Of a DNA stretch of 64,000 nucleotides, positions 1 to 9,047 are shown piece after piece; positions within the stretch are counted from its first letter, which is position 1; each line of letters begins with the position of its first letter. Position numbers and translations under genes: made by a program. The notes beneath the pieces are model-generated. The model was not told the DNA's origin, ran no database searches, and worked only from the letters and a program-made list of their open reading frames with translations. The DNA lies in the IMG/VR virus record IMGVR_UViG_3300024239_000011, positions 434,001 to 498,000 of that record; one strand, 5' to 3'.

Positions 1-1274
1 TTGGTAGGAGGTTTGACCCGTTCCGCCGCCCCCGCTGCATCCATCACATCAATTGCCTTGTCAGGTAAGAAGCGCCCATGGACATACCGAACCGTCAAAT
101 CTACCGCAGCCTGTAAAGCTTCATTCTGATATACAACCCCGTGATAACCCTCATAATGATCTTTTAGACCCTGAAGAATTTGTACCGCATCGGTCGAGCT
201 TGGTTCAAACACATCCACCCGATGGAAACAACGATTGAATGTTCGATCTTTCTGAAAATACTTACGATCATCCTGATAAGTCGTGCTACCGATGGTCTGA
301 ATTTCACCCCGATTCAAATACGGCGCTAGAATATTGGCAATGGATGGTCCACCCTCACCACCCGACACACTGGTCATGTGAATATTGTCGATCACAAGAA
401 CCGCATGCGGCTTAGTCAGGAGAGCATTGATCACCAACTTCAGGCGTTCTTCAAATTCACCTCGGAATTTAGCGCCTGCGATCAACGACGGAAGGTCAAG
501 CTGGTATAGCACCGCATCTTTTATGGTATCCGGAACATCCCCATTCACAATCTTCTTGGCAATACCCTCAAGGATCGCAGTCTTCCCAACACCAGCTTCC
601 CCCAACAATAATGCGCTGTTCTTGCGGCGACGCGCCAGGATGCTAATTACCGTTGCTATTTCGTTCTCACGACCAACCAACGGGTCAATTTTTCCCGCCT
701 TGGCAAGATCATTGAGATTGATACACAGCGCCTTGAGAATTTGATCAGTCTTGCTTTCTGCGGCTGGTTTTTGAGTAGGAGACGGAAGACGACCATATTC
801 CGAATTTACGGTATCAGTTGGTACCGCACTCAGCGAACTATCAGCAAGATATTGTATTAAACGAAAATGATCCAAACCGAATGCAGCACATATAGTTGTC
901 GAATGACAATCGTCTTCGGTAAGAATAGCAACCAAAATATCTTTACATCGAAGGGTATCCCGCCCAGATGACAGACATTGCACCACGGTACGATGCTTCA
1001 CCCGTTCTAGTGCGGGAGTTTGACCCGGTATATTTTTAATTACTCTTGTGGGAATAACACCAGAATTCAAATATTCATCAAGTACATCCCGCATACCATC
1101 AATATCAATTCCTAGATCATCTAAAATATCGATAATGTCGTCCTCTTCTAAAAGAGAACGGAGTACATGTTCAGTAGTAACGATTTCATGACGCAACCGC
1201 TGTGCAATATTATAAGCTCTCTGAATTGGAGCAACAACCAGTTGATGGTTTACTTCTATACTAGAAACAGACAT
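1..1274 (-). CDS. clpA: ClpA-like AAA+ chaperone, 5' part (runs off the left edge)
   Basis: Manual translation, absent from the ORF track: MSVSSIEV...AQRLRHEIVTTEHVL (Clp N domain), GKIDPLVGRENEI, ARRRKNSALLLGEAGVGKTA (Walker A), AGAKFRGEFEERLK, RFLPDKAIDVMD. Confidence 0.9.
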   Translation of the reverse strand, partial: MSVSSIEVNHQLVVAPIQRAYNIAQRLRHEIVTTEHVLRSLLEEDDIIDILDDLGIDIDGMRDVLDEYLNSGVIPTRVIKNIPGQTPALERVKHRTVVQCLSSGRDTLRCKDILVAILTEDDCHSTTICAAFGLDHFRLIQYLADSSLSAVPTDTVNSEYGRLPSPTQKPAAESKTDQILKALCINLNDLAKAGKIDPLVGRENEIATVISILARRRKNSALLLGEAGVGKTAILEGIAKKIVNGDVPDTIKDAVLYQLDLPSLIAGAKFRGEFEERLKLVINALLTKPHAVLVIDNIHMTSVSGGEGGPSIANILAPYLNRGEIQTIGSTTYQDDRKYFQKDRTFNRCFHRVDVFEPSSTDAVQILQGLKDHYEGYHGVVYQNEALQAAVDLTVRYVHGRFLPDKAIDVMDAAGAAERVKPPT

Positions 1275-1319
1275 ACCTTAACCTTTAAAGCCTAGGACTC
1301 TTAGGTTAAGGTATGTCTG
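1268..1319 (-). promoter_or_regulatory. 17 bp perfect inverted repeat covering the clpA RBS and start codon
   Basis: CAGACATACCTTAACCT (1268-1284) pairs with AGGTTAAGGTATGTCTG (1303-1319). A minus-strand TTGACA lies just upstream. Confidence 0.7.
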
Positions 1320-1341
1320 ATCTATTTGTACTGTCAATTTA

Positions 1342-1863
1342 TTAGGGCAGCGAATTCTTGATGCTATTGACATCCCGGATTGCCTGCTCCGTGATGGAGC
1401 GGCAGTCGCCCACGTTAGCGCCGTCGTAGCGCACCATTCGCACATCGCGAATGGCAACGTTGACGATCATAACGATCTCGCGCTCGATCTCATGGACAGA
1501 AGCGTGGTCGATGTAGCCGACGCCACCCGTGGGATTGTCGTAGTCCACCCCACGACCGGTCGGGGAGAAGGTTTGATGCCGGGCGTAAAGGTGCGCCAAC
1601 GCATCCTGGCTGGTGTTGTGCAAGTCCATCAACATGTCTTGACACGACCGATTATTCTCATAAAGCGCGGGTTGTCCATTCCCGCCCATGACCCCGGTGC
1701 GCTTGGCTTCCCAGCAGGCGCGGTCGTAGATATCGCAGGCAGCATGTGCCGGGCTGGTAGACAGGATCAGAGCAGATGCGGCAACCAGAGCCGTCGCCGC
1801 AGCGAGGATCACCAGACGATAGTTGGTCATGGCAGAAACGCGGGTCATGGTGTCCTCCTTCAA
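1342..1863 (-). CDS. Hypothetical exported protein
   Basis: Hydrophobic signal peptide ending PAHA; several Cys; GC-rich codon usage. Confidence 0.7.
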   Translation of the reverse strand: MKEDTMTRVSAMTNYRLVILAAATALVAASALILSTSPAHAACDIYDRACWEAKRTGVMGGNGQPALYENNRSCQDMLMDLHNTSQDALAHLYARHQTFSPTGRGVDYDNPTGGVGYIDHASVHEIEREIVMIVNVAIRDVRMVRYDGANVGDCRSITEQAIRDVNSIKNSLP

Positions 1864-1910
1864 ACCTATAATTGCATTCTACCCGTTTGAAGTGGTCATG
1901 TCAACCATGT

Positions 1911-2795
1911 CTACGAATGATTGGGACGTATAAGTTCTCGGTACTTCCTAAGAACTAACTTTTGTTCATCAGTTAGGTTGGTTGGCACTGTAATTTCAAT
2001 ACACACATATAGGTCGCCACGTTCAGTATTTTTGAATTTCGGCAAACCCCGCCCTTTTACCCGAATACGCTGACTATTTTGTGTCCCTGCCGGGATTTTT
2101 ACACGTAAAACCGCACCATCAATTGATGTGAAAGTGATTTCCGATCCGAGTACGGCATCAATTGCGTCCAACTTAGTGGTCATCAACAAGTCCGCTTTAT
2201 CGCGGGTGAACTGTGGATGGGGACTAACGCGGATTGCGACGTAGAGATCAGCCGCCTGAACGTTCGGATCGCTCGATCCGCCCGCACCGGCATACTTGAT
2301 CTTCATACCGTCTTCGATACCCACCGGTATTTTGATGTGCGCAGTCTTCTTTCCCAGCCCTGGCACAACATAAGTCAGTTCTGTCTCTTTCCCCGCAAAC
2401 ACATCTTCAAGATTGATATGGTACGGAACTTCAATATCACGCGCTTTCCGCTGCTGTTCCGCATGGAAGGGGTTCTGCATATTGCGGAACAAATCCTCAA
2501 AAGGAAAATCCTGTCCGGGAGACGCCTTAAACCCAAACGGACCACCGAAGGGATCACCGAACGGCGCCCGCTGACCGGATGCGAATGACCGCTGCTGACT
2601 ATCATAGTCACGACGACGCTGTTGGTCTTTCAGCACATCATACGCAGCATTAATCTCTTTGAATTTCCGCTCGGCATCGGCATTACCAGGGTTCACATCA
2701 GGGTGATACTGCTGCGCAAGCTTACGGAAAGCTTTCTTGATCTCGTCATCGGTCGCAGTTTCAACAACCCCAAGCGTTTTGTAATGGTTTTCCAT
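1911..2795 (-). CDS. dnaJ: DnaJ/CbpA-type co-chaperone without zinc finger
   Basis: J domain YKTLGV...FRKLAQQYHPDVN, G/F-rich linker, C-terminal domain (GDLYV). Probable start MENHY at 2795. Confidence 0.92.
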   Translation of the reverse strand: MENHYKTLGVVETATDDEIKKAFRKLAQQYHPDVNPGNADAERKFKEINAAYDVLKDQQRRRDYDSQQRSFASGQRAPFGDPFGGPFGFKASPGQDFPFEDLFRNMQNPFHAEQQRKARDIEVPYHINLEDVFAGKETELTYVVPGLGKKTAHIKIPVGIEDGMKIKYAGAGGSSDPNVQAADLYVAIRVSPHPQFTRDKADLLMTTKLDAIDAVLGSEITFTSIDGAVLRVKIPAGTQNSQRIRVKGRGLPKFKNTERGDLYVCIEITVPTNLTDEQKLVLRKYRELIRPNHS

Positions 2796-2921
2796 GTCCC
2801 TCAACCAATCAGCAACAAAATAAAAAAAACAATGATTCCAATCGCGTATTTTAACGGAATCGTCCCATGACCCATACACAAAAATTCGTCATCATGGCAT
2901 CCGGCGCACTTATATTCACAA

Positions 2922-3644
2922 TCACACATTGTTTTCTCGCCGTCGTTTAGCGCGTCGTTTAGTTTCTTCAGCAGATTTCTCGCGATGGCATGCGACACAC
3001 TTGGTACCAATATTGTTCAGGTGCCATGCTTCAATGCGCCCGCGACTTTCACTCAACGGAACCAAGTGATCCATGTCCCAATTCCCATGAAGGCGCTCAT
3101 CCACTGTTCCACAAATATGACAGACCCCGCGATCACGCGCAAAAACTGCTTTTCGCTGTTTTGTAAGGTCATAAATCAAGTTGTATTGCTTAGCGCACTC
3201 GGGATGCCAGTGCATTCTTTTATTGATAGTACCATCTTCACGAAGAATAGGCTGACCACAGAACCGGCAATATCCACGTGGGGCGGTATGATACGACGGC
3301 GGTTTTGGGGGACGCCGATGATCACGCTGGGTAATTGCCTTGATAACTTTCTCGGGGGTTTTTCCTGTTGGCCACTTCTTATACAACGCACAAGTGAACC
3401 ATTGCCAATTCTCAACTTCACCAACATCCAATATGTACACAGCATCCATAACCATACGAACTACCTGTACCATTGGTTGCCAGGAATTCTTGGTATCGAT
3501 GTTCTCTACAAAGAACTCAAGCATGTCAGCAAATCGAGAATAAAACTTAAAGCTCAGCCCGTAGCTGTTGTATGTTTCGATCACATCTTGACCGAAATTC
3601 CAGGCATTTTTTCCAAAGTCTAAATTATAGAAATCGTGATCCAT
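2922..3644 (-). CDS. HNH endonuclease domain protein
   Basis: CRFCG...HPEC; VFARDRGVCHICG...DMDHLVPL...N...CVACHREKS. Confidence 0.8.
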   Translation of the reverse strand: MDHDFYNLDFGKNAWNFGQDVIETYNSYGLSFKFYSRFADMLEFFVENIDTKNSWQPMVQVVRMVMDAVYILDVGEVENWQWFTCALYKKWPTGKTPEKVIKAITQRDHRRPPKPPSYHTAPRGYCRFCGQPILREDGTINKRMHWHPECAKQYNLIYDLTKQRKAVFARDRGVCHICGTVDERLHGNWDMDHLVPLSESRGRIEAWHLNNIGTKCVACHREKSAEETKRRAKRRRENNV

Positions 3645-3997
3645 TACTGCTGTTTCGGTTTGGGTTCACCTTCTTTTAACACAGAACGGTAGTATTTGAT
3701 AATTTCTTGTTGTTCAAGAATGTATCGCCGTAGCTCTTGAACGTTCACTGATAGGTTCTCATAACCGTTATCAGTCAATGCGAAGATAACAATTTCTTCA
3801 TCTGTACTGGATGTTTCATCAAGCAACTTGATCAGTTGCTCTCGGTTATAAACCTGCCACTTCACCTCGCGCATCTGAACTTTACTAGGAAGTGGTGGGT
3901 GAATAATTTTCACCACTTCAGTATTGGTTACGACTGGCGGTGGCACATTTGTACATGCTGCCAGCAACACGGCAATAAATGGAACGAATCTTTTCAT
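3644..3997 (-). CDS. o-spanin (Rz1-like outer membrane lipoprotein)
   Basis: Lipobox LLAAC, Pro-rich segment, C-terminal coiled coil; overlaps the i-spanin candidate. Confidence 0.75.
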   Translation of the reverse strand: MKRFVPFIAVLLAACTNVPPPVVTNTEVVKIIHPPLPSKVQMREVKWQVYNREQLIKLLDETSSTDEEIVIFALTDNGYENLSVNVQELRRYILEQQEIIKYYRSVLKEGEPKPKQQ

Positions 3998-4395
3998 TGA
4001 ACACCCCCATAAGTACGAGGATCGGTTTCAGTTTCCAGGGTATTGAAAACCCGTTGGGTACCAGCATTGACACTCTTCTCGACAAGATTTGGTTTCTTGG
4101 ATGCCAGGAACCCAAGGTCATGACGGGCAAACACCTTACTGATCTTGGTAGTTTCTTCCCGAATTTCATTGATACGGTCGGACATCATTGATAACTGTGC
4201 ATTTGCAATTGCAGTCTGCTGCTGAAGCATGTTGATACTTTGCTCCTGGGTTTTAATGGCTTGACCATATTCCCCAACACGCTGACTGAGTTCCGCTTTA
4301 GTACGTTCAGAATCCCGGTAATACAAATAACCAAGTCCAGCCATCACCGCCATTGCAATACCCATGACTACACTAAGTTTTAAGCCAAGTCCCAT
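3994..4395 (-). CDS. i-spanin (Rz-like)
   Basis: Single N-terminal TM helix followed by a long coiled coil, directly upstream of a lipoprotein. Confidence 0.75.
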   Translation of the reverse strand: MGLGLKLSVVMGIAMAVMAGLGYLYYRDSERTKAELSQRVGEYGQAIKTQEQSINMLQQQTAIANAQLSMMSDRINEIREETTKISKVFARHDLGFLASKKPNLVEKSVNAGTQRVFNTLETETDPRTYGGVQ

Positions 4396-4407
4396 GGCGT
4401 CCCTCCA

Positions 4408-4435
4408 TAAATACCCTTTGAACCTTCGCTATTTA
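4408..4435. promoter_or_regulatory. Pair of oppositely oriented TAAATA late-promoter motifs
   Basis: TAAATA at 4408-4413 (+) and 4430-4435 (-), between divergent genes. Confidence 0.6.
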
Positions 4436-4460
4436 TCAGCGGTTTTATGGACCGGAAGAA

Positions 4461-5450
4461 ATGCGCTCAAACAAATTCATAACCCCGGAAGTAATCGAGA
4501 TACCTCTTACTGCATCGTTTGGTACCATTTTGGTTGGACGCTATGCGTACTGGAATCCCCGCAAACAACACAGCTTCAAGCTTGGCGGGGTACAAGCAAC
4601 TCGGTTGATTGGGGAAGAAGTCGAAAAAGTAGCATCTCTATATCCGGGTTTTGACCGCGAAGATCGCTTTGTATGGCTCTCTAATCGCCCTGCTAAAACA
4701 GGCACCGCCTATAAAATCGATCTATCACGGCTCAATATTTTAGAATTGCGATCCCCCAAATGGACACCCGATGTCCTGTATCGAGGAAATATCCCGGCAA
4801 GCGCCATTGTTGGAACTATCCGCCCAGCGCCAATAACTGAATCCAAAGCAAACGACCACATAAAAGAAGTCGTCGGGATGATCCAGCGCGACTGCTCGGA
4901 TTTTCTTGGGGAATGGGACCATCAAACCCCACTTTTTATGGGTCTCCGTGGAGTAAAACCAAATCAACGTTTATTTCCTGACACTTCTCGTTTTATCTAT
5001 AGCTCAGTTGAACCACGAGAGCGCGGCGACGACATCACCGGTAAGCATTTTACCGCGATAATAGATGATGCGATGAAAAAAACCGGGTTTACGGCAACTC
5101 GGTTGAATTCTGTTCGGGTAACTGGCAACCTTGACTTAGCCCATATCGAAGGCGGGGTCTATGCGATCTTCCCGCTAAATGGGTATAATTTTTCATGGTC
5201 AACCATTGTTGGCGACTATGTACGGCATTTCGCGGACTCGCCCATATACCATGCCACCAGTTATCCCCGGACGAAATTCGGGCTGCAATTGAGGATCATG
5301 GATTACTGGAAGAGTATTGAAGGAAGCTACGCGACCACCGACATCAACGCAGCCATAGCGTCCGGTCATGAAATCCTGCTCGCAGGGTCCGGTTTCTATG
5401 GCATCCAGGCACACACGTTCGCTGAGATTGCCAAGAAGGGGCTTCTCTAA
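4461..5450 (+). CDS. Hypothetical two-domain protein, possible head-internal protein
   Basis: 329 aa ORF after a late motif; internal PITES protease-site-like linker; N domain weakly ART/KptA-like (FVWLS, YKIDLS, YRGNIP). Confidence 0.6.
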   Translation: MRSNKFITPEVIEIPLTASFGTILVGRYAYWNPRKQHSFKLGGVQATRLIGEEVEKVASLYPGFDREDRFVWLSNRPAKTGTAYKIDLSRLNILELRSPKWTPDVLYRGNIPASAIVGTIRPAPITESKANDHIKEVVGMIQRDCSDFLGEWDHQTPLFMGLRGVKPNQRLFPDTSRFIYSSVEPRERGDDITGKHFTAIIDDAMKKTGFTATRLNSVRVTGNLDLAHIEGGVYAIFPLNGYNFSWSTIVGDYVRHFADSPIYHATSYPRTKFGLQLRIMDYWKSIEGSYATTDINAAIASGHEILLAGSGFYGIQAHTFAEIAKKGLL

Positions 5451-6067
5451 GCGTTCTCGGAAATGCGGGGACTGTCCGGGTTCCAACTACCTGCATTGTA
5501 AACCGATTTGATGTTGCTTGGGTCAAATATCGCAACATTCATCTTTCCAACTTCGTTGGTCATGTACCCGTCGTACCCAAGGCGTTTCAACGCATTCTGG
5601 ATACGCGGTTGCTCTAATACCTTACAATTCCCTTTGGGAATGTATGTCTGGTACTCTTGAGCTTTCAACCGACCAACCATCGACCCATCGTTCATCACCC
5701 GGCGTATCGAAGGGTCACTAAAAAGTGCATTAAGGTCCGCTTCCTTGGACGGATCGAAAATACGCCCACGAAGATAGACCGGGTAGATAGCAGGCTGATT
5801 GCCCGATACGGCTTGACCGGCATAATTGGACGCATACTCAGGGTTCGTCGTGAAATAGATGGCAGGCGCTCGCTCTTTTTTCTTTAGCTCTTTACCGGTT
5901 CGAAACGCCGCAATGTCCTGCCCGGACCCGGTACCATGAAAGAATACTAGCGGTATGCCATGCTCATCCACCAGATTACTTTCACCAAACCACGCACGGA
6001 ATTTAGGGTCCGATAGGGGATTCCAATTTGCACGTTCGACTAGATTGATGAGGTGACGCATTTCCAT
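5447..6067 (-). CDS. ADP-ribosyltransferase-like protein (ART-PolyVal type)
   Basis: FRAWFGES.LVDE.G.PLVFFHGT, IYFTTNPEYASNYA, IYPVYL, GYDG, AIFDPSNIKS. TAAATA at 6073-6078. Confidence 0.75.
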   Translation of the reverse strand: MEMRHLINLVERANWNPLSDPKFRAWFGESNLVDEHGIPLVFFHGTGSGQDIAAFRTGKELKKKERAPAIYFTTNPEYASNYAGQAVSGNQPAIYPVYLRGRIFDPSKEADLNALFSDPSIRRVMNDGSMVGRLKAQEYQTYIPKGNCKVLEQPRIQNALKRLGYDGYMTNEVGKMNVAIFDPSNIKSVYNAGSWNPDSPRISENA

Positions 6068-6081
6068 GAAACTATTTAGCC

Positions 6082-6129
6082 GACAACAAGAACCCCCGCC
6101 AGTTCGCACCAGCGGGGGTTCTTGTTGTC
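6082..6129. terminator. Intrinsic terminator hairpin
   Basis: GACAACAAGAACCCCCGC...GCGGGGGTTCTTGTTGTC inverted repeat. Confidence 0.75.
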
Positions 6130-6192
6130 CCTTGGGAATGTGAAGGTGTCACCACCAACACCACGTTCACGTCCTACCCAAGGGCGCCCGTC

Positions 6193-6708
6193 TTAGAAAC
6201 TGTAACGGGTACCAACGGTCACGGCGTGGGTCTTGAAATCCCGCTCACCAGTTTCAGTACCGGTCACAGCTTCACTGTGGATGTAACGATACTCACCGAC
6301 CAATTCCCAGTTCTTAGTGAACTGATAGGAAGCACCGGTCGCCAGGATATACGCCCAATCATTCTTGTTGGAAACGCCTTCAACGGCATCATTGCTCAGC
6401 CACACATAGCCGACGCCAGCACCTACAAACGGGGTAATACCAGCAAACGTCACTGGCTCAACATAAGCCATACCCGAAACCATGTTGCCACGGAGAACAT
6501 CCGAACGCAGGTAGTCGTAGTCGCCTTCAAGACGGATCACACCGAAATCGTGACCAGCCTTCAGGTTGATATCCGACTGGTTCTTAATACCATCAAAATC
6601 ATTGAAAGCACCACCAACCGACAGACCAACGTAGTTCTTACCATCTTCAGCCAAAGCCGGGGTAGTGAACAGAAATGCAGCAGCAATAAAAGCAAGAATT
6701 TTCTTCAT
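6193..6708 (-). CDS. 8-stranded outer membrane beta-barrel protein (Omp25/RopB/OmpA-TM-like)
   Basis: Signal peptide MKKILAF...ALA, alternating beta strands, PFVGAGVG, C-terminal RYSF. Confidence 0.85.
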   Translation of the reverse strand: MKKILAFIAAAFLFTTPALAEDGKNYVGLSVGGAFNDFDGIKNQSDINLKAGHDFGVIRLEGDYDYLRSDVLRGNMVSGMAYVEPVTFAGITPFVGAGVGYVWLSNDAVEGVSNKNDWAYILATGASYQFTKNWELVGEYRYIHSEAVTGTETGERDFKTHAVTVGTRYSF

Positions 6709-6727
6709 ATGTTTCCTCATTAGAAAG

Positions 6728-6770
6728 AAAAACTGTGTGTTTATTTACCACGATAAACACACAGTTTTTT
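6728..6770. terminator. Terminator-like hairpin
   Basis: AAAAACTGTGTGTTTAT...ATAAACACACAGTTTTT. Confidence 0.65.
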
Positions 6771-6813
6771 ATTTGTAGTGGCACTAGATTACTTTAATAC
6801 CATACTGTTGTAA

Positions 6814-8457
6814 TTATATCACATACTCTACAAGCCAACGTGTTTCATCACTAGTGCCTTCGTAGGTGAATACCTTATTCCCATCCCCGCTAATGGTAAT
6901 GAATAATGCATCATCATAAGTTGCGGTGTGTTCCCACCCACTACCAGTATTTGTAAACAAATACGAGACCGGATTTGTTGGCGAACTCGTGGCTGTATAA
7001 GATTGAGATACAACCAATTTTGTACCATCGTCACTTAATTTCACATTTACACCAAACCTAGCATCTTGTACGGGAAGTGGATGCTCAATAACAATAGGCG
7101 TGCCCCACGAATTCCACCCAGTCCCTTTTTGATAAATGTACACGGCGCCAGCACTTGTAATACCACCAACCGCAGTATTACCATCGCCGACTGCCAACAC
7201 CGACCCATCCGCTGAGCATGAAATAGATGAGGCAACACGACTAATCGTCCCAACAGGGGTAGAACCGCCACCTTGCTGATAAATTTTAATTTGCGATCCA
7301 ACCAATGCAAAGAGGTACGAAATACCACCTACAAACGCCGTATCCATGTTATATGATTGCGATGTCGTATCCAACTGGTTCCACCCACTAGATGAACCAG
7401 TTGTCGTAGTAAAGGTAAGACCACCATTACATGACCCAAAAACAAAACCATCATTTTGAGAATGAACAATTGCACGATGCACTTTGTTTTGATCGGCATT
7501 ATTTGGTTGGTATACAGAACCGTCACTAGTCCGAATAACTAGATAAGATTTGTACTCCCACGTATTCAAATTTTGATATGAATAGGCATATGCGCCTAAT
7601 TCATTTCCTAACGAAAAAGCACCCAAACTTAAGTTACCAGAACTAGAGGTATACCCACCAACAACATTTGGAGTTTCAACCCAACCCGCCGATTTAACCC
7701 AATATCGCAACGAACGATAACCATTTGCATCGCTCCCAAGCTCACGATTAAACATTATCGCAGTTCCGTTGCGATTTGTCTGAATACCTTTGCCATCCGG
7801 TCCATATGTCCATGCATTAAAATTACTTTTCACAAATGTTGCAACAATAGTCGATCCATTTGTTACATCAATAGTAAACGCCTGATCTGCACTGGCAGCC
7901 TTACTATCAGTGGCTCTAATCGTAAAATTAGCCAATCCTGGCGTTGTAGGTATACCAGATAATTCACCAGTTGCAACATTAAGAGTTATCCCTGCGGGCA
8001 AACTACCGGCAGACACACTATAAGTTATAGTATCTCCATTGGGATCGATGGCAGACAATGCATAGTTAAATGTTGATCCAACAATTACCGTTCCCAAACC
8101 ACCATTGGTAGTGGTCCAAATTGGTGCATCATTCACAATAGTTAATGAAAATGCACGATCATTTGAAAACACACCGTCACTGGCTCTAACTGTAAAATTG
8201 TATACCCCAGGATTGTTTGTTGGCGTCCCAGTGATTTGATTGCTGCTAAGAGACATTCCATTGGGAAGTATACCGGAAAAAATGCTATAAGAAACCAATC
8301 CATTCTCAGGATCAATTGCATTTAACGTATATGTAAAAGGAACATTTGCAGAAATAGTCCCTAAGGAACCTGATATTGTATTCCAAATAGGTGGTAGATT
8401 ACTGGCAACTTTAAATAATCCAGTTGGATTTAAATTTCCTTTAAACAATATACCCAT
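6814..8457 (-). CDS. Virion protein with two putative Ig (He_PIG) repeats and a beta-propeller-like C terminus
   Basis: Repeats PIW.T..G.LGT....F.Y.L.AIDP...YS...G.LP.G..L...G.P; GAVYIY and FGVNVKLSDDG FG-GAP-like motifs. AT-rich; TATAAATA at 8492-8499. Confidence 0.75.
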   Translation of the reverse strand: MGILFKGNLNPTGLFKVASNLPPIWNTISGSLGTISANVPFTYTLNAIDPENGLVSYSIFSGILPNGMSLSSNQITGTPTNNPGVYNFTVRASDGVFSNDRAFSLTIVNDAPIWTTTNGGLGTVIVGSTFNYALSAIDPNGDTITYSVSAGSLPAGITLNVATGELSGIPTTPGLANFTIRATDSKAASADQAFTIDVTNGSTIVATFVKSNFNAWTYGPDGKGIQTNRNGTAIMFNRELGSDANGYRSLRYWVKSAGWVETPNVVGGYTSSSGNLSLGAFSLGNELGAYAYSYQNLNTWEYKSYLVIRTSDGSVYQPNNADQNKVHRAIVHSQNDGFVFGSCNGGLTFTTTTGSSSGWNQLDTTSQSYNMDTAFVGGISYLFALVGSQIKIYQQGGGSTPVGTISRVASSISCSADGSVLAVGDGNTAVGGITSAGAVYIYQKGTGWNSWGTPIVIEHPLPVQDARFGVNVKLSDDGTKLVVSQSYTATSSPTNPVSYLFTNTGSGWEHTATYDDALFITISGDGNKVFTYEGTSDETRWLVEYVI

Positions 8458-8502
8458 AGCACCACCTATTGTTTTGAACAGATTTATTTAGTATTTATAT
8501 CA

Positions 8503-9046
8503 GAACAACTTTAGGTTCTTGACCTAGATTGGAGGATCACCTTCCCCCTTTCGGAGGAAGAAGGTGATTGTTTTGACCTGAGTTGTCGGATTCATCAGAC
8601 GAGGAAATAGCAGTAGGCGGACTGGCGAGTTTCCTACCTTCCTCTTACCTTCCATGCCGAAATCGGCATCCAGTCGGGACCACGGGAGAACCCTGATGAT
8701 GATTCACCGTGGCTGCTCGTTGTGGTTAGTCACAGCGCGAGCATTCTTTCACCAACGCATAACGCGATCCTAAAAACGGAAATTATCGTTTCCATTTAAG
8801 CGTAAATTGACAAAGATAATGGGTATTGTATGTCAATGCGATTGGCTTACCATCAGCAGCACTGATGTGTCCTCTTTGTGGTCTGGCGGGCACCCTACTA
8901 GCCATCTGCGGCATTCGGATTTTTCCAGTCGAGCGAAGGGTGCGCTCTCATACCCCCGGTCAGTCGTCCCGGCAATTCTTGGGCGGTTTAATACAGAACC
9001 CTCTTAACGAGTCGGGACTGTATCCTTGACTACCTATACGAGTCAA
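8503..9046. ncRNA. Candidate large structured non-coding RNA (~540 nt)
   Basis: No credible ORF in a gene-dense genome; at least 12 tiled helices and a possible pseudoknot (see findings). Confidence 0.55.
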
Positions 9047-9047
9047 A

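Noticed and set aside
8560-8720. Hammerhead ribozyme (CTGATGA on the minus strand at 8592-8598 and the plus strand at 8693-8699)
   Set aside because: Neither is followed by a stem II plus GAAA with flanking stems I and III that I could build.
8807-9029. Short ORFs 8807-9007 and 8826-9029
   Set aside because: They overlap each other, lack an SD and are not protein-like; the region is better explained by base pairing.
8503-9046. tmRNA, RNase P RNA or group I intron as the identity of the structured block
   Set aside because: No tRNA-like acceptor or T-arm ends with CCA, no GAGGAAAGUCC P4 signature, and no interrupted gene on either side.
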